Source: Cyanidioschyzon merolae (Eukaryota). From it: a stretch of 64,000 bases of DNA. The notes beneath the pieces are model-generated. The model worked only from the letters and a program-made list of their open reading frames with translations, did not search any database and had not been told where the DNA came from. Of the stretch, positions 53,401 to 64,000 are shown one piece after another. The translations under genes and the position numbers were made by a program. Positions within the stretch are counted from its first letter, which is position 1. Each line of letters starts with the position of its first letter. The stretch lies in assembly GCA_000091205.1 (NCBI GenBank), contig AP006501.2; one strand, given 5' to 3'.

Positions 53401-54077
53401 TGCGACTCGGCGAAACGTGAGAGCCATTCTCTATCGGCGGATGGATCCTCGCTCATGAGAGCGTTGTAGGCACGCAAATAGGCCGTTGCTGCCTTCAGCG
53501 AGCTCGTCTTCAAATCAAGGTCATCATTTGTCGCTGCTGTATGGCCGCCGCGGCCGCATGCATTGACAGTAAATCCGGTGCTTCGACCAAACCGCGATGA
53601 GACCGAGCGCTCGGGCGCGTCGGTCGCGTCCTTTGCCTTTGAGGAATCAGCTTGGCTCATATTCCTATCGTTCGAAGCTGAAACGCGGGGATCCATCGGG
53701 AACGCTTGCACTGATGAAGTAGAAACACTAGACATCAACGTAGCACAGGACGAGTCTCTGCTCGGTCCGTGCCCAGCGACTATTGGCTCGAGCACGTTGC
53801 CTCGCTCAACGTCTTTCGTCCTCGAGGTCTTGAGCTCGGCTGCATCCGTCTGTGGGGCGCTCTCGAGCTCTTCGACCTTCCTTGCACTTCCTGGACCAAC
53901 TCGCAACGGCCGCGTCTGCCAGCTCAGAACTGCCTCTTCGCGGTGGGCGCGGGACCACTTGGGTCGTCTTTTGCACTCGTGGTTTACCTGGACTTCGTGG
54001 GGCTTACTCACGGCTCGTGGGCGTCCCCGACGTCTACCGCGCCCTGCTGACATGTCCGTTGGCCGCACGACAATCAA
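50430..54077 (-). CDS. multi-PHD-finger chromatin protein (PHD-ePHD 'PZP' module plus C-terminal PHD)
   Basis: 1215 aa. Contains CDVCMSDEYSPENRLWRCNGCGTVVHQMCYG...WLCRPCQ (PHD), then IRCSLCGAAAGALKP...WAHIFCALCAP...CVICHKSTGCGGVVRCHWLHCSAAFHASCG (ePHD), and a C-terminal CDVCGDGDCDGKENDIILCDRCGVGVHQQCYGV...WFCDACQ (PHD). Poly-Ser tract encoded by a (GAY)n run at ~51097-51143. Confidence 0.75.
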   Translation of the reverse strand: MIVVRPTDMSAGRGRRRGRPRAVSKPHEVQVNHECKRRPKWSRAHREEAVLSWQTRPLRVGPGSARKVEELESAPQTDAAELKTSRTKDVERGNVLEPIVAGHGPSRDSSCATLMSSVSTSSVQAFPMDPRVSASNDRNMSQADSSKAKDATDAPERSVSSRFGRSTGFTVNACGRGGHTAATNDDLDLKTSSLKAATAYLRAYNALMSEDPSADREWLSRFAESHWPSSCEELWKWQPVSLCFKSLDATDLQIIQIPLASSDMQNALLASPADVPYLWKWLTEDAHELVQATGHARRILNEPKMPAASATETLQLLGTTTRAKHDHRRGIVCETCLLQSRLRAQQSRLNLRLHAEQDSRPDEPAPNMRFRLETARCSGGGNASGGSVGYEATESWLGSERSGSAFTHAVFFNAHALFPRSKQVSITEMAGTELKQARDNHPVEVAERSCDVCMSDEYSPENRLWRCNGCGTVVHQMCYGIQADSVTQNDTVDFNWLCRPCQQTYMNAPSRRAASILRRSIRCSLCGAAAGALKPGLNGEWAHIFCALCAPDTTIGEIREMEPILGLDEIPVQRRHLRCVICHKSTGCGGVVRCHWLHCSAAFHASCGRRAGYLFLIGERESLRKLLQKTELVQVVDRHVLEKRGSIVAVCLCREHTQSALHRISASAQRTNVAEEVVHRAVKDAQHSSSRESTYWEASPSLKKLRELHRRNELRAYLRLLRMRTMAGLETFEKAKQRMRHIHSNGFSCQACLCKSMSRKLYDALCRFNRVAATFETSRGAVGRGIRGLSAFERLAAVISSVEEMLSQQNMLHSMEKPDAVTGQSIPSSPQGGAPPGTVSQDALSATDTLNWLSSHARWEQLDDPTSSSWVHGEDDHADDESPELAGAPRKRMRKQPPNADSTLSALHFRLVLDQSGLAIEGAYRWQKQNLSGAPETPSSAQNDLVLLGYRLVPPASPAGAATFLAPDATPGTFGSSPASSSSSSSSSSSSSSSLECLLRAKWEALQRVNAENHAYRLLLLERSKTDQAERAQLAASERELEAHIQRLNQISGIRRYGSVMDSTSIRVRGLKREAPAVAASAPAPPAIRHGGLANLDSCPPQTLAEVEADLALHQLERARAIAPHRRLMDSLSGATEATVSLPSDARMLLAMNARCDVCGDGDCDGKENDIILCDRCGVGVHQQCYGVTEIPAGDWFCDACQVLLHLEANAPVLP

Positions 54078-57000
54078 CGACGGGATGTACGATCAGTGGC
54101 TAAAGTTCGCCAAACTGCAGCCAAACTGCCCGTTCAGAGTTTCCACCAACGCGAGGCGCTCCCGTCGCACGTACCGGCCTTGTGCAGTCCAGTGGATGTG
54201 CCAAGGCAATCAACTCCCCGAAGCTTGACAGGTCGACACTCGAACAAGACCCGCCCCAGAGAAGCATAAACCGACACGTGGACAAACCTTCGCGCTCACT
54301 AGCCTCCTCAAACCAGCCTCAAACACTTGAGCCTCACAAGAAAGGCTCCCGCGTTTACGACTTTAAGCCTCAGCAGCGAGAGAGGCACCGTGGCGTGTCA
54401 AAAGCGTCTTGTGTAGCGTTTTGTTCGAACACGCACGCACGCAGCCGAAGATCGAGCACGCACACATCTGAACCGCGATGCGTGCGGACGTAACGTGACG
54501 CATGCTTGCGTGACGACACGAAAAGCGACGCGCCGGCCGCCGCGCCTGTTGCGCGCTTGGCGCGCTCAAGAGCGCTGTCCCAATCTAGGACATAGAGGAC
54601 GCCTTTCCAGGCGGCTTCTCTGCGCCATTCAGTTGGCGGCTGCGCGGTTGCGGGTGATGTTTTTCGCGATTCCATTGGCCAGGGATCTCTGATTCCGCGC
54701 TTCGCATCAGCGCGCAGTGAAACAGGTATCGTACCATGGCCTGCTTCTAAGTTGCACGATCCGTACTTTTTTTGTCGGAGATCGTGGTTGTTGTCCGCGT
54801 TCTGTCGTACGCTGCGTGCATGCCGTGAGCGTTCGCAGTGAGCCCTATTGTGCCGCCACGGTCGCAGCACGGAGACAAAGCGGCTTTGCTACAGTCCTGA
54901 GGGCCTCGGCTCGAGGCGTGCTGCCTGCGCGAATGCTCCAAAAACGGGTGTCAGGCGCGTCAGGTATCGGGGGCGTCTCGAACAACTGCGGCTGTGCGAA
55001 GCAAGTTTCCCTTTGGACACCTTTTCATATTAATGCGAAGAAAACTCTGGGCGCTGCCCTCGTTCAGTGTGGCTTTGGCAGTAAAGTATCTTGCGTTCAT
55101 GGTTCTTTCACGCTAATTATTACTTTGCTGTATATACCTGGATTCATTGAGGAAATAGTACTTTCTATTTAGCAGTTATTCTTTGACCTAGGCTATTTTT
55201 AGGGCTAAACAGCTGCAGCAGTCTCGTTTGCATCTATTGAATCGAAAGCTCCATGTCCGAAACTTCAAAAGCAGACTTGGTTGACGTTTCTGCAGCGTCG
55301 TACCTCTCCAGACGCGGCACAGATGAAACGTACAGTTCTGCAGTTGGCATTGTGGTTGCTGCGCGCTTGTGGAGCATGTTTCCGGGACAGGTGCGCATGG
55401 TTCTCATGCGTGACGTCCGATCGAAGGGAACGCGCTCGAAGGAGACGGAAGCGCGTTTGACGGAGGAATATGCGGATGTTGTTGCACCACGTTATGGGAC
55501 GGAAGAAAAGTTCATGGCAAACCTGTGGCTCTTGCGATGACCCGAACTAGGTGTAGAATGGTCTCGGTATGCTGGTCTGCAGTGGACAACCGGCGGGCTC
55601 GCTTCCTTACTAAATGTAGTATGGAATATATCCTGAGAGAAACGAGTAGGGTCCGATACCAGATCTGCTTAAAGTGTTATGGTGGTTACTTCTGCTGCGA
55701 AGCGCTCGCTGGCAAGTCGTTTTCAAGTATGCTGCAGAGCGCGAACTCTATTCTGGACTCGGTGCTGCTTCTGTGTGCTACAAAACGGATCTAGAAGCTC
55801 TCCGCATTCCACTGACTTCGACATGGCGTGCTGTACCCCAACTGCAACCAAGCGTTTGCGAAAGGTTTCGCGTGCTGCAGCATGGGAAACCCAAGTGAAC
55901 AAAGCTGAGTCGATCGCAGAATCCGTACATGATTTGGATCCATCGGCGATAATATCTCGCCACGTGAAATCAGAAGATACTTTATGGGAAGCGCTGTGAA
56001 GTCGAACGGCCAGTTCTAGCGTCCCGGAGCATGAAGAGACACACATACGGGATGAAAGCACCTTCCTTGCAGGTCGTAGACTGCCGCAAGTACATGGCAT
56101 CGGCGTAAGGTACGAATACCTCCCGTTTTTTATGATGCTGGATCCATACGTCAAAGCAGAATCCCCCGTACTGGGAACGGTGCCGATAACCAGGGCCGGG
56201 ACCCCCGCTCGCCTCAGCCGATCCACCGCACCACAGGGTCACCTCGTGTATACCCTCAGAGCCACACATTGGACCGATCTGGTGAGTTCATCCGCACCGG
56301 GCCTCCAGAGTACGCTCGCCAGGACACACGATACACCTTTGAAGTCGTTCACACAGGTGGACAGGACGGCTTCGCGCTGCCTTTGCTGAAATTCGTCCAA
56401 GGGCATATCGCCTGACCCTCTCCAGGCACCCAAATCGCGTTGGAGCACGTATTGCAACTCGCTTAATCTCGCAGAATCTCACCGAGCGCATCCCGCGAAA
56501 AACACACTTTGCATCTTCAGATCAGCGCTACCTAGCAGAGCTGAGGTTCATTCTAGCACATTCTAGAATGTCATTTGGCGAGAGGACGCTTTGTCGGAGC
56601 TCTTGTAGAAAGCGCCCCGAATTCAGAATGCTCAACTTTGCAGCGCAAACACTCGGGAGAGCGCCGAGCCCGTCGCTTGTCCGTGCAGATACAGGTCTCG
56701 GTGTTCATGCTCGCAGCGGCTCCTGCAGCTTGACTTTCCGCAAACTCGCACCGAACCAACGGTGTAAACTCGGTCTCGACAACGGATTCGGCCACTGTAC
56801 TTTTGTACGCGTTTTTCCTTGCATCCGAGTTCGAAATGGGTGTAACACTCAGCGGCACGGTCGGTGAACGGTACCTGCTGTTGGAAAAGCCAACGCACGC
56901 TGCATCTGGTTTCGAATATGCTCGACTGCACCACTCTCGCCGCAGTCTGAATTCATAAACAGCTACGCTACACGATTGAATCTGAACGGAAGCCCGACCG

Positions 57001-57737
57001 GCTTGTTCATTGCAGTAACTGCTTCGGACTCGAGGGTGCACACACGGATACGGTACCAGAATAGAGCATGAGAAATGCCCTGATCGGCCTGGTCGTTGTG
57101 GGAACTGCTTCGGTAATGGCACACGGTGACGAGGTGCTTGAGCAAGCCCCCGCGCACCCGCACCCCTGATGGACACCTCTACCAGAATCGCTCGCGTCAC
57201 TGCAAATGCAACAGGAACCAACCAATACGCCCATATAACTAACAGCATACGTTTACATACACATTCATGAGAACGATAATCGAAAGCACACAAACAAACA
57301 TCTCGCTGCGAAACGCTTCCCAGCACGACAGTACCTGGAATGAACGAATCGCACGCTGCAGGTGCTGAACGCAGCAGGTCGCCAGGGCCTCGGCCCCCGC
57401 TCCGAGGCGTCGCAGCTTCGGAAGGCATCGATCGCTTTTGATGCGTGCGCGCTTGGGCGCGGGCACCTGCATACGTGCACGCTGCGCACGCCGCTTGCGT
57501 GAGTCGACTTGCCGCGAAAACAACCTCAAGGCACACGCTGAACGCAAAAACGCTCCACTTTTCCAAACAGGTGCCTAGTACTTGTGGTGTGAGTTCTGTG
57601 TTAGGGCAGGTTTCGGTCTCCGTTGAGAATAGTGCAGGTTAGGAGCGACCTTATCCAGACGTGGCGTTCCTCGGTGTTTCCAGGCGTTTCTTTCGTTGCG
57701 AGCTGGTGCGTGCTGGTGAGCGCGCCCCTCGGAACCT

Positions 57738-60700
57738 ATGGCAACCTCAGATGCAACCTTTGGGGCGGTTGAATCTGATACAGCGGGATCGCTTCTGAAC
57801 TTTGAGCTGCCAGATCAGGACTTTTTGCTGCAGCTCGAGGCAAAAGTCCAGCAGCTCTATGGGGCGCGGTCTGAAACAGATCGCAAGTCGGCCCAGGAGG
57901 AGCTGACGGCGCTCCAGATGCATCCACAGGCGTGGATGCGTGTCGATAAGATTCTCGATTCGAGCACGACTAGTGAGCCCTCCAAGTTTTTCGCGCTACA
58001 AATTCTCGAGTCTTTAATCAAGTATCGTTGGAAGACTTTGCCGACCGAGACACGAGAGTCCATCAAGCTTTATGTTCAGAACAAGGCAATACTCTTGTCG
58101 TCGTCGGCGGAATCTCTGGTACGTGAACGCACGTTCCTTTCAAAGCTGAACCTCATCTTGGTGCGAATAGTGGCCCAGGAGTGGCCCTCCCGTTGGCGCT
58201 CGTTTATCAGCGACGTTGTGAACGCGAGCAAAACGTCGCCGACACTTTGCGAAAACAACTTGCATATTCTCCGATTGCTGAGCGAGGAGGTGTTTGATTT
58301 CTCAGCTGGGCAAATGACGCAAGACAAAATCGACGAGCTCAAGACGACATTCAACCAAGATTTTAGTGAGGTTTACGACCTCTGTCAGTATGTATTCGCA
58401 CAGCGAGTAATACTGCAGCAGATGCAGCCATCGCTTCTTGTGACTACGGTGCAGACGCTAGAGAAGTTTTTGTCGTGGGTTCCTTTGGGCTATATCTTCG
58501 AGACCGACCTTTTGGAGACGCTGCTTGAGCTGTTCGATTACTCTGCAGAGCTGCGCAATAGTGTGATGCGTTGCCTCGTTGAGATTGCAACACTCTCTGT
58601 TGGTCCCGAGTACGACGAAAGATTTCTGTTTCTCTACATGACACTTCTATCAAAACTCGCCGTTGCGGTACCACTGGAGGTCGACATTGCTGCGCACTAC
58701 GACCAGGCCAGTGAAGCAACCCAGTCTTTTATTATGGACTTGGCGCTGTTCCTCACAGGCTTCTTTGGGGCGCACGCAGCGCTGCTCGAGCAGTCTTCGG
58801 ACCCGGCACATCGTCAGGCACTCGTGACGGGAAACATGTACGTCGTGAAGATTGCTCGAGTCAACGACGTGGAGGTTTTCAAGGTCTGCCTCGAATGGTG
58901 GCGGAGCCTCACGGAGAGCCTATATCGGGCTCTCTTCTCCATGTTAGACTACGCCGTGGGAGAGCGGACGCCACTCACTTTGGACGCGGATCGACCCAAT
59001 TTCGAGCGACTCGAAGATCAGCATGCACGTCGCCAGCTCTACGCCAGCGTACTATACCAGATTGCCCTGGTCATGATCCAGAGAATGGCGAAGCCAGAGG
59101 AGGTGCTCATTGTAGAAGACGAGAACGGCGAGATCGTGCGGGAAACCACGAAGGACACCGATGCGTTGGCGCTATACAAGACAATGCGGGAGACGTTCAT
59201 TTTTCTAACCCACATTGACCCGCTGGATATTGAAACCATCATGATTGAGAAGCTCGATCGTCAACTTGACGGAACCGAGTGGAGTTGGCAAAATCTGAAC
59301 ACGCTCTGTTGGGCCATTGGATCCATCTCTGGTACCATGAGCGAAGAGTCCGAGAAACGCTTCCTCATTCATGTTATCAAGGATCTCCTGCGATTATGTG
59401 AGGAGAAGCGAGGAAAGGACAACAAAGCCGTGGTCGCAGCGAACATCATGTACGTCGTGGGGCAGTACCCGCGCTTCCTGCGAGCACACTGGCGTTTCCT
59501 GAAAACCGTGGTGAACAAGCTTTTCGAGTTCATGCATGAGCTGCACCCAGGAGTCCAGGACATGGCGTGCGACACGTTTCTGAAAATCGCGCAGAAATGC
59601 CGAAGACAGTTTGTCATCGTACATGCAGGTGAACATCAATCTTTTGTGAACGAGATGCTGGACAATCTGGAGAGCATTATCGGCGATCTGGAGCCGCATC
59701 AGGTGCACTCTTTCTATCAGTCTGCCGCAACGATGATCAGTGCAGAGACGGAGAGTAGTACGCGGGAACTCTACATCCGCCGTCTCTACGACGCGCCGAA
59801 TCGTCGCTGGCGATCCCTTTTGGAGGAGGCGACGCTTGACCAGAGCTTGCTGCGGGATAGGAATCGCATGAAGGAGCTCGTTCACGTTTTGCGCCTGAAC
59901 GTGCGAGGCGCGCAGGCTTTGGGTCCCCTCTTCTATCCCCAGCTGGTGCACATTTACATGGATCTGCTCGCGCTGTACCGGCAATTTTCGCAGATGGTCT
60001 CCAATGCGGTCGCATTAGGGGGCATGATCGCAACACGAAGCACCGACGTCAAGAATATGCGCGCCGTGAAGAAGGAGGCACTCCGTCTGCTAGAGACATT
60101 TTTCGAGCTAGTCGATCGTGACCCCGAGGTTCTGCACGCGGCAGCGGAGCAACTGGTGGAGCCGCTCTCCGGCCCCATTCTCGGCGACTATGCGCAATCC
60201 GTACCGGATGCCCGTGACGCGGAGGTGCTTACGCTCTACGCTGTCATTATCGAACATCTGCGGCCGTACGCAAATATGCTGACGCCTCTCATACCAGTCA
60301 TATTCCGATCGTGTTTCAATGCGACGCTAGAGATGATTACGACGAATTTTGAGGATTTTCCGGACCATCGAATAGGTCTGTTTCAGTTGTTGCGAGCAAT
60401 TAACACGTCTTGCTTTTCCGCGCTGTTCTCATTGGATCCGGACCCGGCAGTAGCGGAGCAGTCGTTCCAGCTGGTCATTAACGCTATAGTATGGGCGTTC
60501 AAGCATACGGAGCGGAACGTTGCCGACACAGGACTGCAGACGCTGCTCGAGCTCCTTCGGAATCTGGATAGTAGCGGTTTCACCGAGTACTTTTACGAGC
60601 GCTATTACTTGTTCATTCTTAACGATATTCTTGCAGTGCTTACGGATACCTTGCACAAACCAGGTTTCTCGCTACAGGCACAAGTGCTCATGCATCTTTT

Positions 60701-61079
60701 CACGGCAGCTCGTCGGGGTCAAGTTCGATTGCCGCAAACCGATGGTGGCGAAGCGACTGGCTCCACCACTGCGATGGCCTCTGAGACGATGGTACGCGAG
60801 CATTTGCAAACGCTCCTGGAGAACGCCTTTCCGAATATGGGCCCTGTGGCAGTGCGTCAAGCGGTTGATGGCATGTTCCTCTTCCTGGACGACGAGCGCC
60901 TCTTCAAGCAGCACTTGCGAGATTTTCTGGTCCGGACCAAAGAGTTTCTCGCAGGTGACAATACCGATCTTTACGACGAGGATCGCCGATCACTAGAGAC
61001 GAATGCCCAGAGGGCCTTAGCTGTGGTCCCTGGCATGTCCAAGCCCAGCCAAGCAGCCGATTCAGACGACGAAGACTGA
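57738..61079 (+). CDS. XPO1: exportin-1 (CRM1)
   Basis: 1113 aa single exon. Long blocks match human CRM1, e.g. EWPSRWRSFISDVVNASKTSPTLCENNLHILRLLSEEVFDFSAGQMTQ, DGTEWSWQNLNTLCWAIGSISGTMSEESEKRFLIHVIKDLLRLCEEKRGKDNKAVVAANIMYVVGQYPRFLRAHWRFLKTVVNKLFEFMHELHPGVQDMACDTFLKIAQKCRRQF, RNVADTGLQ and the C-terminal HLRDFLV.TKEF. Confidence 0.96.
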   Translation: MATSDATFGAVESDTAGSLLNFELPDQDFLLQLEAKVQQLYGARSETDRKSAQEELTALQMHPQAWMRVDKILDSSTTSEPSKFFALQILESLIKYRWKTLPTETRESIKLYVQNKAILLSSSAESLVRERTFLSKLNLILVRIVAQEWPSRWRSFISDVVNASKTSPTLCENNLHILRLLSEEVFDFSAGQMTQDKIDELKTTFNQDFSEVYDLCQYVFAQRVILQQMQPSLLVTTVQTLEKFLSWVPLGYIFETDLLETLLELFDYSAELRNSVMRCLVEIATLSVGPEYDERFLFLYMTLLSKLAVAVPLEVDIAAHYDQASEATQSFIMDLALFLTGFFGAHAALLEQSSDPAHRQALVTGNMYVVKIARVNDVEVFKVCLEWWRSLTESLYRALFSMLDYAVGERTPLTLDADRPNFERLEDQHARRQLYASVLYQIALVMIQRMAKPEEVLIVEDENGEIVRETTKDTDALALYKTMRETFIFLTHIDPLDIETIMIEKLDRQLDGTEWSWQNLNTLCWAIGSISGTMSEESEKRFLIHVIKDLLRLCEEKRGKDNKAVVAANIMYVVGQYPRFLRAHWRFLKTVVNKLFEFMHELHPGVQDMACDTFLKIAQKCRRQFVIVHAGEHQSFVNEMLDNLESIIGDLEPHQVHSFYQSAATMISAETESSTRELYIRRLYDAPNRRWRSLLEEATLDQSLLRDRNRMKELVHVLRLNVRGAQALGPLFYPQLVHIYMDLLALYRQFSQMVSNAVALGGMIATRSTDVKNMRAVKKEALRLLETFFELVDRDPEVLHAAAEQLVEPLSGPILGDYAQSVPDARDAEVLTLYAVIIEHLRPYANMLTPLIPVIFRSCFNATLEMITTNFEDFPDHRIGLFQLLRAINTSCFSALFSLDPDPAVAEQSFQLVINAIVWAFKHTERNVADTGLQTLLELLRNLDSSGFTEYFYERYYLFILNDILAVLTDTLHKPGFSLQAQVLMHLFTAARRGQVRLPQTDGGEATGSTTAMASETMVREHLQTLLENAFPNMGPVAVRQAVDGMFLFLDDERLFKQHLRDFLVRTKEFLAGDNTDLYDEDRRSLETNAQRALAVVPGMSKPSQAADSDDED

Positions 61080-61307
61080 GTATCTTCCTCGTCCGAAAAT
61101 CGCAAGCGCAATTCGAATCAAACGGAAACGCGAGCAGCAGAAACCCAGGAAACGATGTTGTTGCTGGTGATGAACGCGAGACGCAGTGCGGACCCTGCAC
61201 CAGCACGCCCTCGACATCTCGTATGCCGCCGTCCATCAAAGCGTTTCCTGCTCTCCGGGCAATGGCAGTGCAAAGCTACGAAATCCGGATTCGCTGACGA
61301 CAGCGAA

Positions 61308-62350
61308 CGCCTTTCTAAAGTCGAAAGCAGTCGTCAGCGATACAGTGGTGGCGGCGAACGCCCGCCCTAGACAAGACGTCGCCCACTGATGTGCAGAGGC
61401 CTCCCAGTCTTTCTCGACCGGCCACCTACTACTGCTTCCAACTTTTTCTCATGTAATTCCACCATGAGAGGTTGTCCATGAAAATTCTCTCTCGTCATTT
61501 CTGGGGGTCTTTTCTCCATCACCGCACATTTCCTTATATTGATAGCAGCGTTAAAGTCTCGGTTCACGAATTCCATACGTTTCTTGCCATCTCTGGTTGT
61601 ACGTACTAATGCAAGTAGTCCTCGAACTTTCGCTCGCCTATCCATTTGCTGCTCCGTCAGCGCTCCGTATTTTTTACAATCCTCAGTACCCCGCTGGCAC
61701 TTTTCCACAGAGACCCTCTGAAGTGTACACCCCAGCTCATGGCGTATGTATGACGTTCGGAACTCATCTACAGGTATCGTAACGAAACATCGTTCGCACT
61801 CCCTGGACGCTCATTCCGAGTCGCTGTAAACCGGAAACGAAACTCTCCTCGACAAGCCATGAAAGTGGTGTTGTGGCTTTCCGCCAGACACGGTGGCTGT
61901 ATTTGCCGTGCCCGTGGCCCTGCAGGCGTGTTTCGGGGTGCGCTGACTGCACAAAAGCGGCGAGTTCGCGCTGCTGCCCTAGTATCTGGATGCTGGCGAC
62001 TCCCCGGCACAGATACCTTACGATGTGCGGACGGAGCATGCTGCTTCAGCACCGTAAGAACGACGCGCTCTCATGCGCGTTCCCTTGTGATCCAAGATAT
62101 GATCCACAGAGTGATAGTGGCGGCTAGCACGGAGCGTCTTCCGCATCGACTGCCGATCTGGGAACTGCGGCCCAGGGTTCGGAGTTTCACGTCACGAATG
62201 GTCCATACGCTCACGAGCGGTACTCGAAGCGGGCGCGCTGGACATTACACACTGCTTTGCTGCACGAGAACAGTGCTATGCTCGGGGCCGGCTAGAGTAC
62301 CTAAAGAAAAGTCAGCGTGAACGTCGCTTGCAGGTACGGTGCATGCCACG
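61308..62350 (-). mobile_element. TnpB/Fanzor-like element relic, copy B (3' fragment)
   Basis: ORF 61367..61708(-) encodes ...KCQRGTEDCKKYGALTEQQMDRRAKVRGLLALVRTTRDGKKRMEFVNRDFNAAINIRKCAVMEKRPPEMTRENF...GRRLV*, ~80% identical to the copy A C-terminus. Upstream frames still show homology (GQQRELAAFVQSA, VWRKATTP) with stops and frameshifts. The ~60 nt after the stop (tctagggcgggcgttcgccgccaccactgta...gaaaggcg) is conserved with copy A, then diverges at ~61308 into the XPO1 3' flank. The upstream limit (~62350) is approximate. Confidence 0.55.
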
Positions 62351-63078
62351 GGCTAGGCGAGCGTGATCCGATTGCCCCTCATTTCGTAATGCGAATTCGC
62401 TGTGCATGAGTGTCTTCCCGTACTAACGCCTCTTTACTTCAGGTCAGAGGCGCGCCTGTTCGAGCTGGGTTAGCGCTTGCGTTCTAGCGCGAGCGCGCCA
62501 CCCAATTTGTCGATTATATGCAGTAAGAGGGAATATACAGATTTGCGTTGGCCCTACACACATCGCAAATCTACTCCACAAACGAGGCAAGGATATGAGG
62601 ATCGCCTCATCGATCGCTGGACACAGCTTGTGTCTACATCACCTAGAGATACGCAGCACAAGCGGCAGCCCAAGCGGCAGCCCAAGCGGCAGCACAAGCA
62701 GCAGCAATCTGCGTCTGTGGACCGAAATGTATAGACTTGGATTCGCCCAACGGATTGGCCAACAAAGTGGCCTTCGGTGGCGTTTTGCGCGCGTATTCGC
62801 TCAGCATACTGTGCGTTCAGGTCTGTTTCAATCCCTGCGTACGCTTTGGGAGCTGGTGGAGCATCGCTTTCTTGTGCATGGTTTCGCTTTGTTATCTGAC
62901 AGGTGTATGGACAAGTGATTCAGACTCGAAAAAACGATGCTGGCGCTGTGTACAGAGAAATGAAACCGTGTTGCCGTTTGTAACGAGACTCCAGCGCAAC
63001 AGCCCAGGGGCGTGCCTCGTGCCGCGCAGGCGCGCTGGCTTGCCCCAAGCTGGTGTTGCGGGAGCGACCTTTTGGACG

Positions 63079-64000
63079 ATGAACCAGTCCATGCCCCATG
63101 AAACCGGTTCGGAACTTTTGGAAAAATTGTGTGGACTCCGTTTGGCTCAGCCTTCTGAGGCAGAAAAACGGAGTTTCGGACTGAATCTTGCACGCCTCCA
63201 GCAGGAGCTGGACTGGCGACGAGACCGTTTGAGTCTTGCGCAGCTACGCGCTCTACTCGACGCATCCGAAACCTTGTTGCCCGCTGAAGCACTTCCGAGT
63301 CTCCTGGACTGGGTGCAGGGGTGTCTGCACAGCACAGTGCCTCGCGCGGAGCGAGACGCGTTGTTCTGGGGCCTGGTAGCTGCCTGGGAGCGCCTCATAA
63401 TCCGTCTGCCGGTGTCGTCGCTGGTGCAGGTGTTGCAACGGAGCCCAACGAGCGCAACTACCTACAACGCCCTGCTATGTGCACTCTCGAGGCGCTCGCG
63501 TCGCTCAGATGCCGAACAGCTTTGGCGTTCGCTCCTAGCGAAACGTGTTCCACTTGCGCCCCATGCCATAAGCTGCGTTCTGGAAATGTATCTGCGCGCC
63601 AACATGCCCGAACACATTCCAATGCTTTTTGAAAAGTTGGCGGTGCACGGTGTCCACCTCGATACCATCGCCCTGAACGCTTTATTGCACTGTATGTGCC
63701 GGATGAGCCGAGTACGGGAATCGCTGGTGCTCTTTCGTATCATGCGCGCGCACCGCGTCGCAGACACCCCTAGTTACAATATCCTGCTGAGTATGTGCCG
63801 GCGGCTTGGGCTCGTCTCCAGTGCGCTGGCGCTGAAAGCGGATCTCGATAGCCAACCGCATCTGGAACCGGACGCGCTGACGTATTCGCTTCTGATGACG
63901 CTGTTGACTACTGCTGACCGACCTCTGGAGACACTGGCACTCTACCGTGAGATGGAGGCGAGGAAACTCCCGCTAACAGGACCTGCCCTGAACGCCTACG
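63079..64000 (+). CDS. pentatricopeptide repeat (PPR) protein, 3' end beyond window
   Basis: Hand translation of the frame-1 ORF open from ~62700 to the window end gives successive PPR-like units (TYNALLCALSRRS..., DTIALNALLHCMCRMSRVRESLVLFRIMRAHRVADTPSYNILLSMCRRLGLVSSALAL, EPDALTYSLLMTLLTTADRPLETLALYREMEARKLP). Start ATG at 63079, with an alternative at 62878 that would add an R-rich presequence. Not in the ORF track because there is no in-window stop. Confidence 0.55.
   Translation, partial: MNQSMPHETGSELLEKLCGLRLAQPSEAEKRSFGLNLARLQQELDWRRDRLSLAQLRALLDASETLLPAEALPSLLDWVQGCLHSTVPRAERDALFWGLVAAWERLIIRLPVSSLVQVLQRSPTSATTYNALLCALSRRSRRSDAEQLWRSLLAKRVPLAPHAISCVLEMYLRANMPEHIPMLFEKLAVHGVHLDTIALNALLHCMCRMSRVRESLVLFRIMRAHRVADTPSYNILLSMCRRLGLVSSALALKADLDSQPHLEPDALTYSLLMTLLTTADRPLETLALYREMEARKLPLTGPALNAY

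Overview
This window is GC-rich (~57%), gene-dense nuclear DNA from an intron-poor eukaryote, almost certainly photosynthetic: it carries a PGR5-like PGRL1 homolog, an ArsS-like radical-SAM gene and a pentatricopeptide-repeat (PPR) gene. Two spliceosomal introns are resolved by hand, each with a canonical GTAAGT donor, one in RPL23 and one in CCT4. Confidently recognisable genes are exportin-1/CRM1, a PI4KB-type PI 4-kinase, CCT delta, NAD-isocitrate dehydrogenase, 60S L23, PGRL1, 3-ketodihydrosphingosine reductase, PITHD1, a gankyrin-like ankyrin protein, a bromodomain protein, two PHD-finger proteins, a PfkB sugar kinase, a thioredoxin, a tRNA-adenosine/cytidine-deaminase-family protein, a patatin phospholipase (partial) and a PPR protein (partial). 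Three things stand out. (1) PGRL1 sits in the 1.6 kb spacer of a ~99% identical 1369 bp inverted repeat. (2) A ~2.4 kb AT-rich island holds a decayed TnpB/Fanzor-like gene with a nuclease-type RDxNAAINI RuvC-III motif, and a second truncated copy lies 29 kb away with a conserved post-stop tail. (3) One 1130 aa protein fuses an N-terminal ~8-helix membrane domain to a C-terminal class-3 lipase domain. Several tandem repeats and microsatellites are also noted. No rRNA, tRNA or CRISPR was found. Many of the antisense and overlapping ORFs in the supplied track are artefacts of the GC-rich composition.
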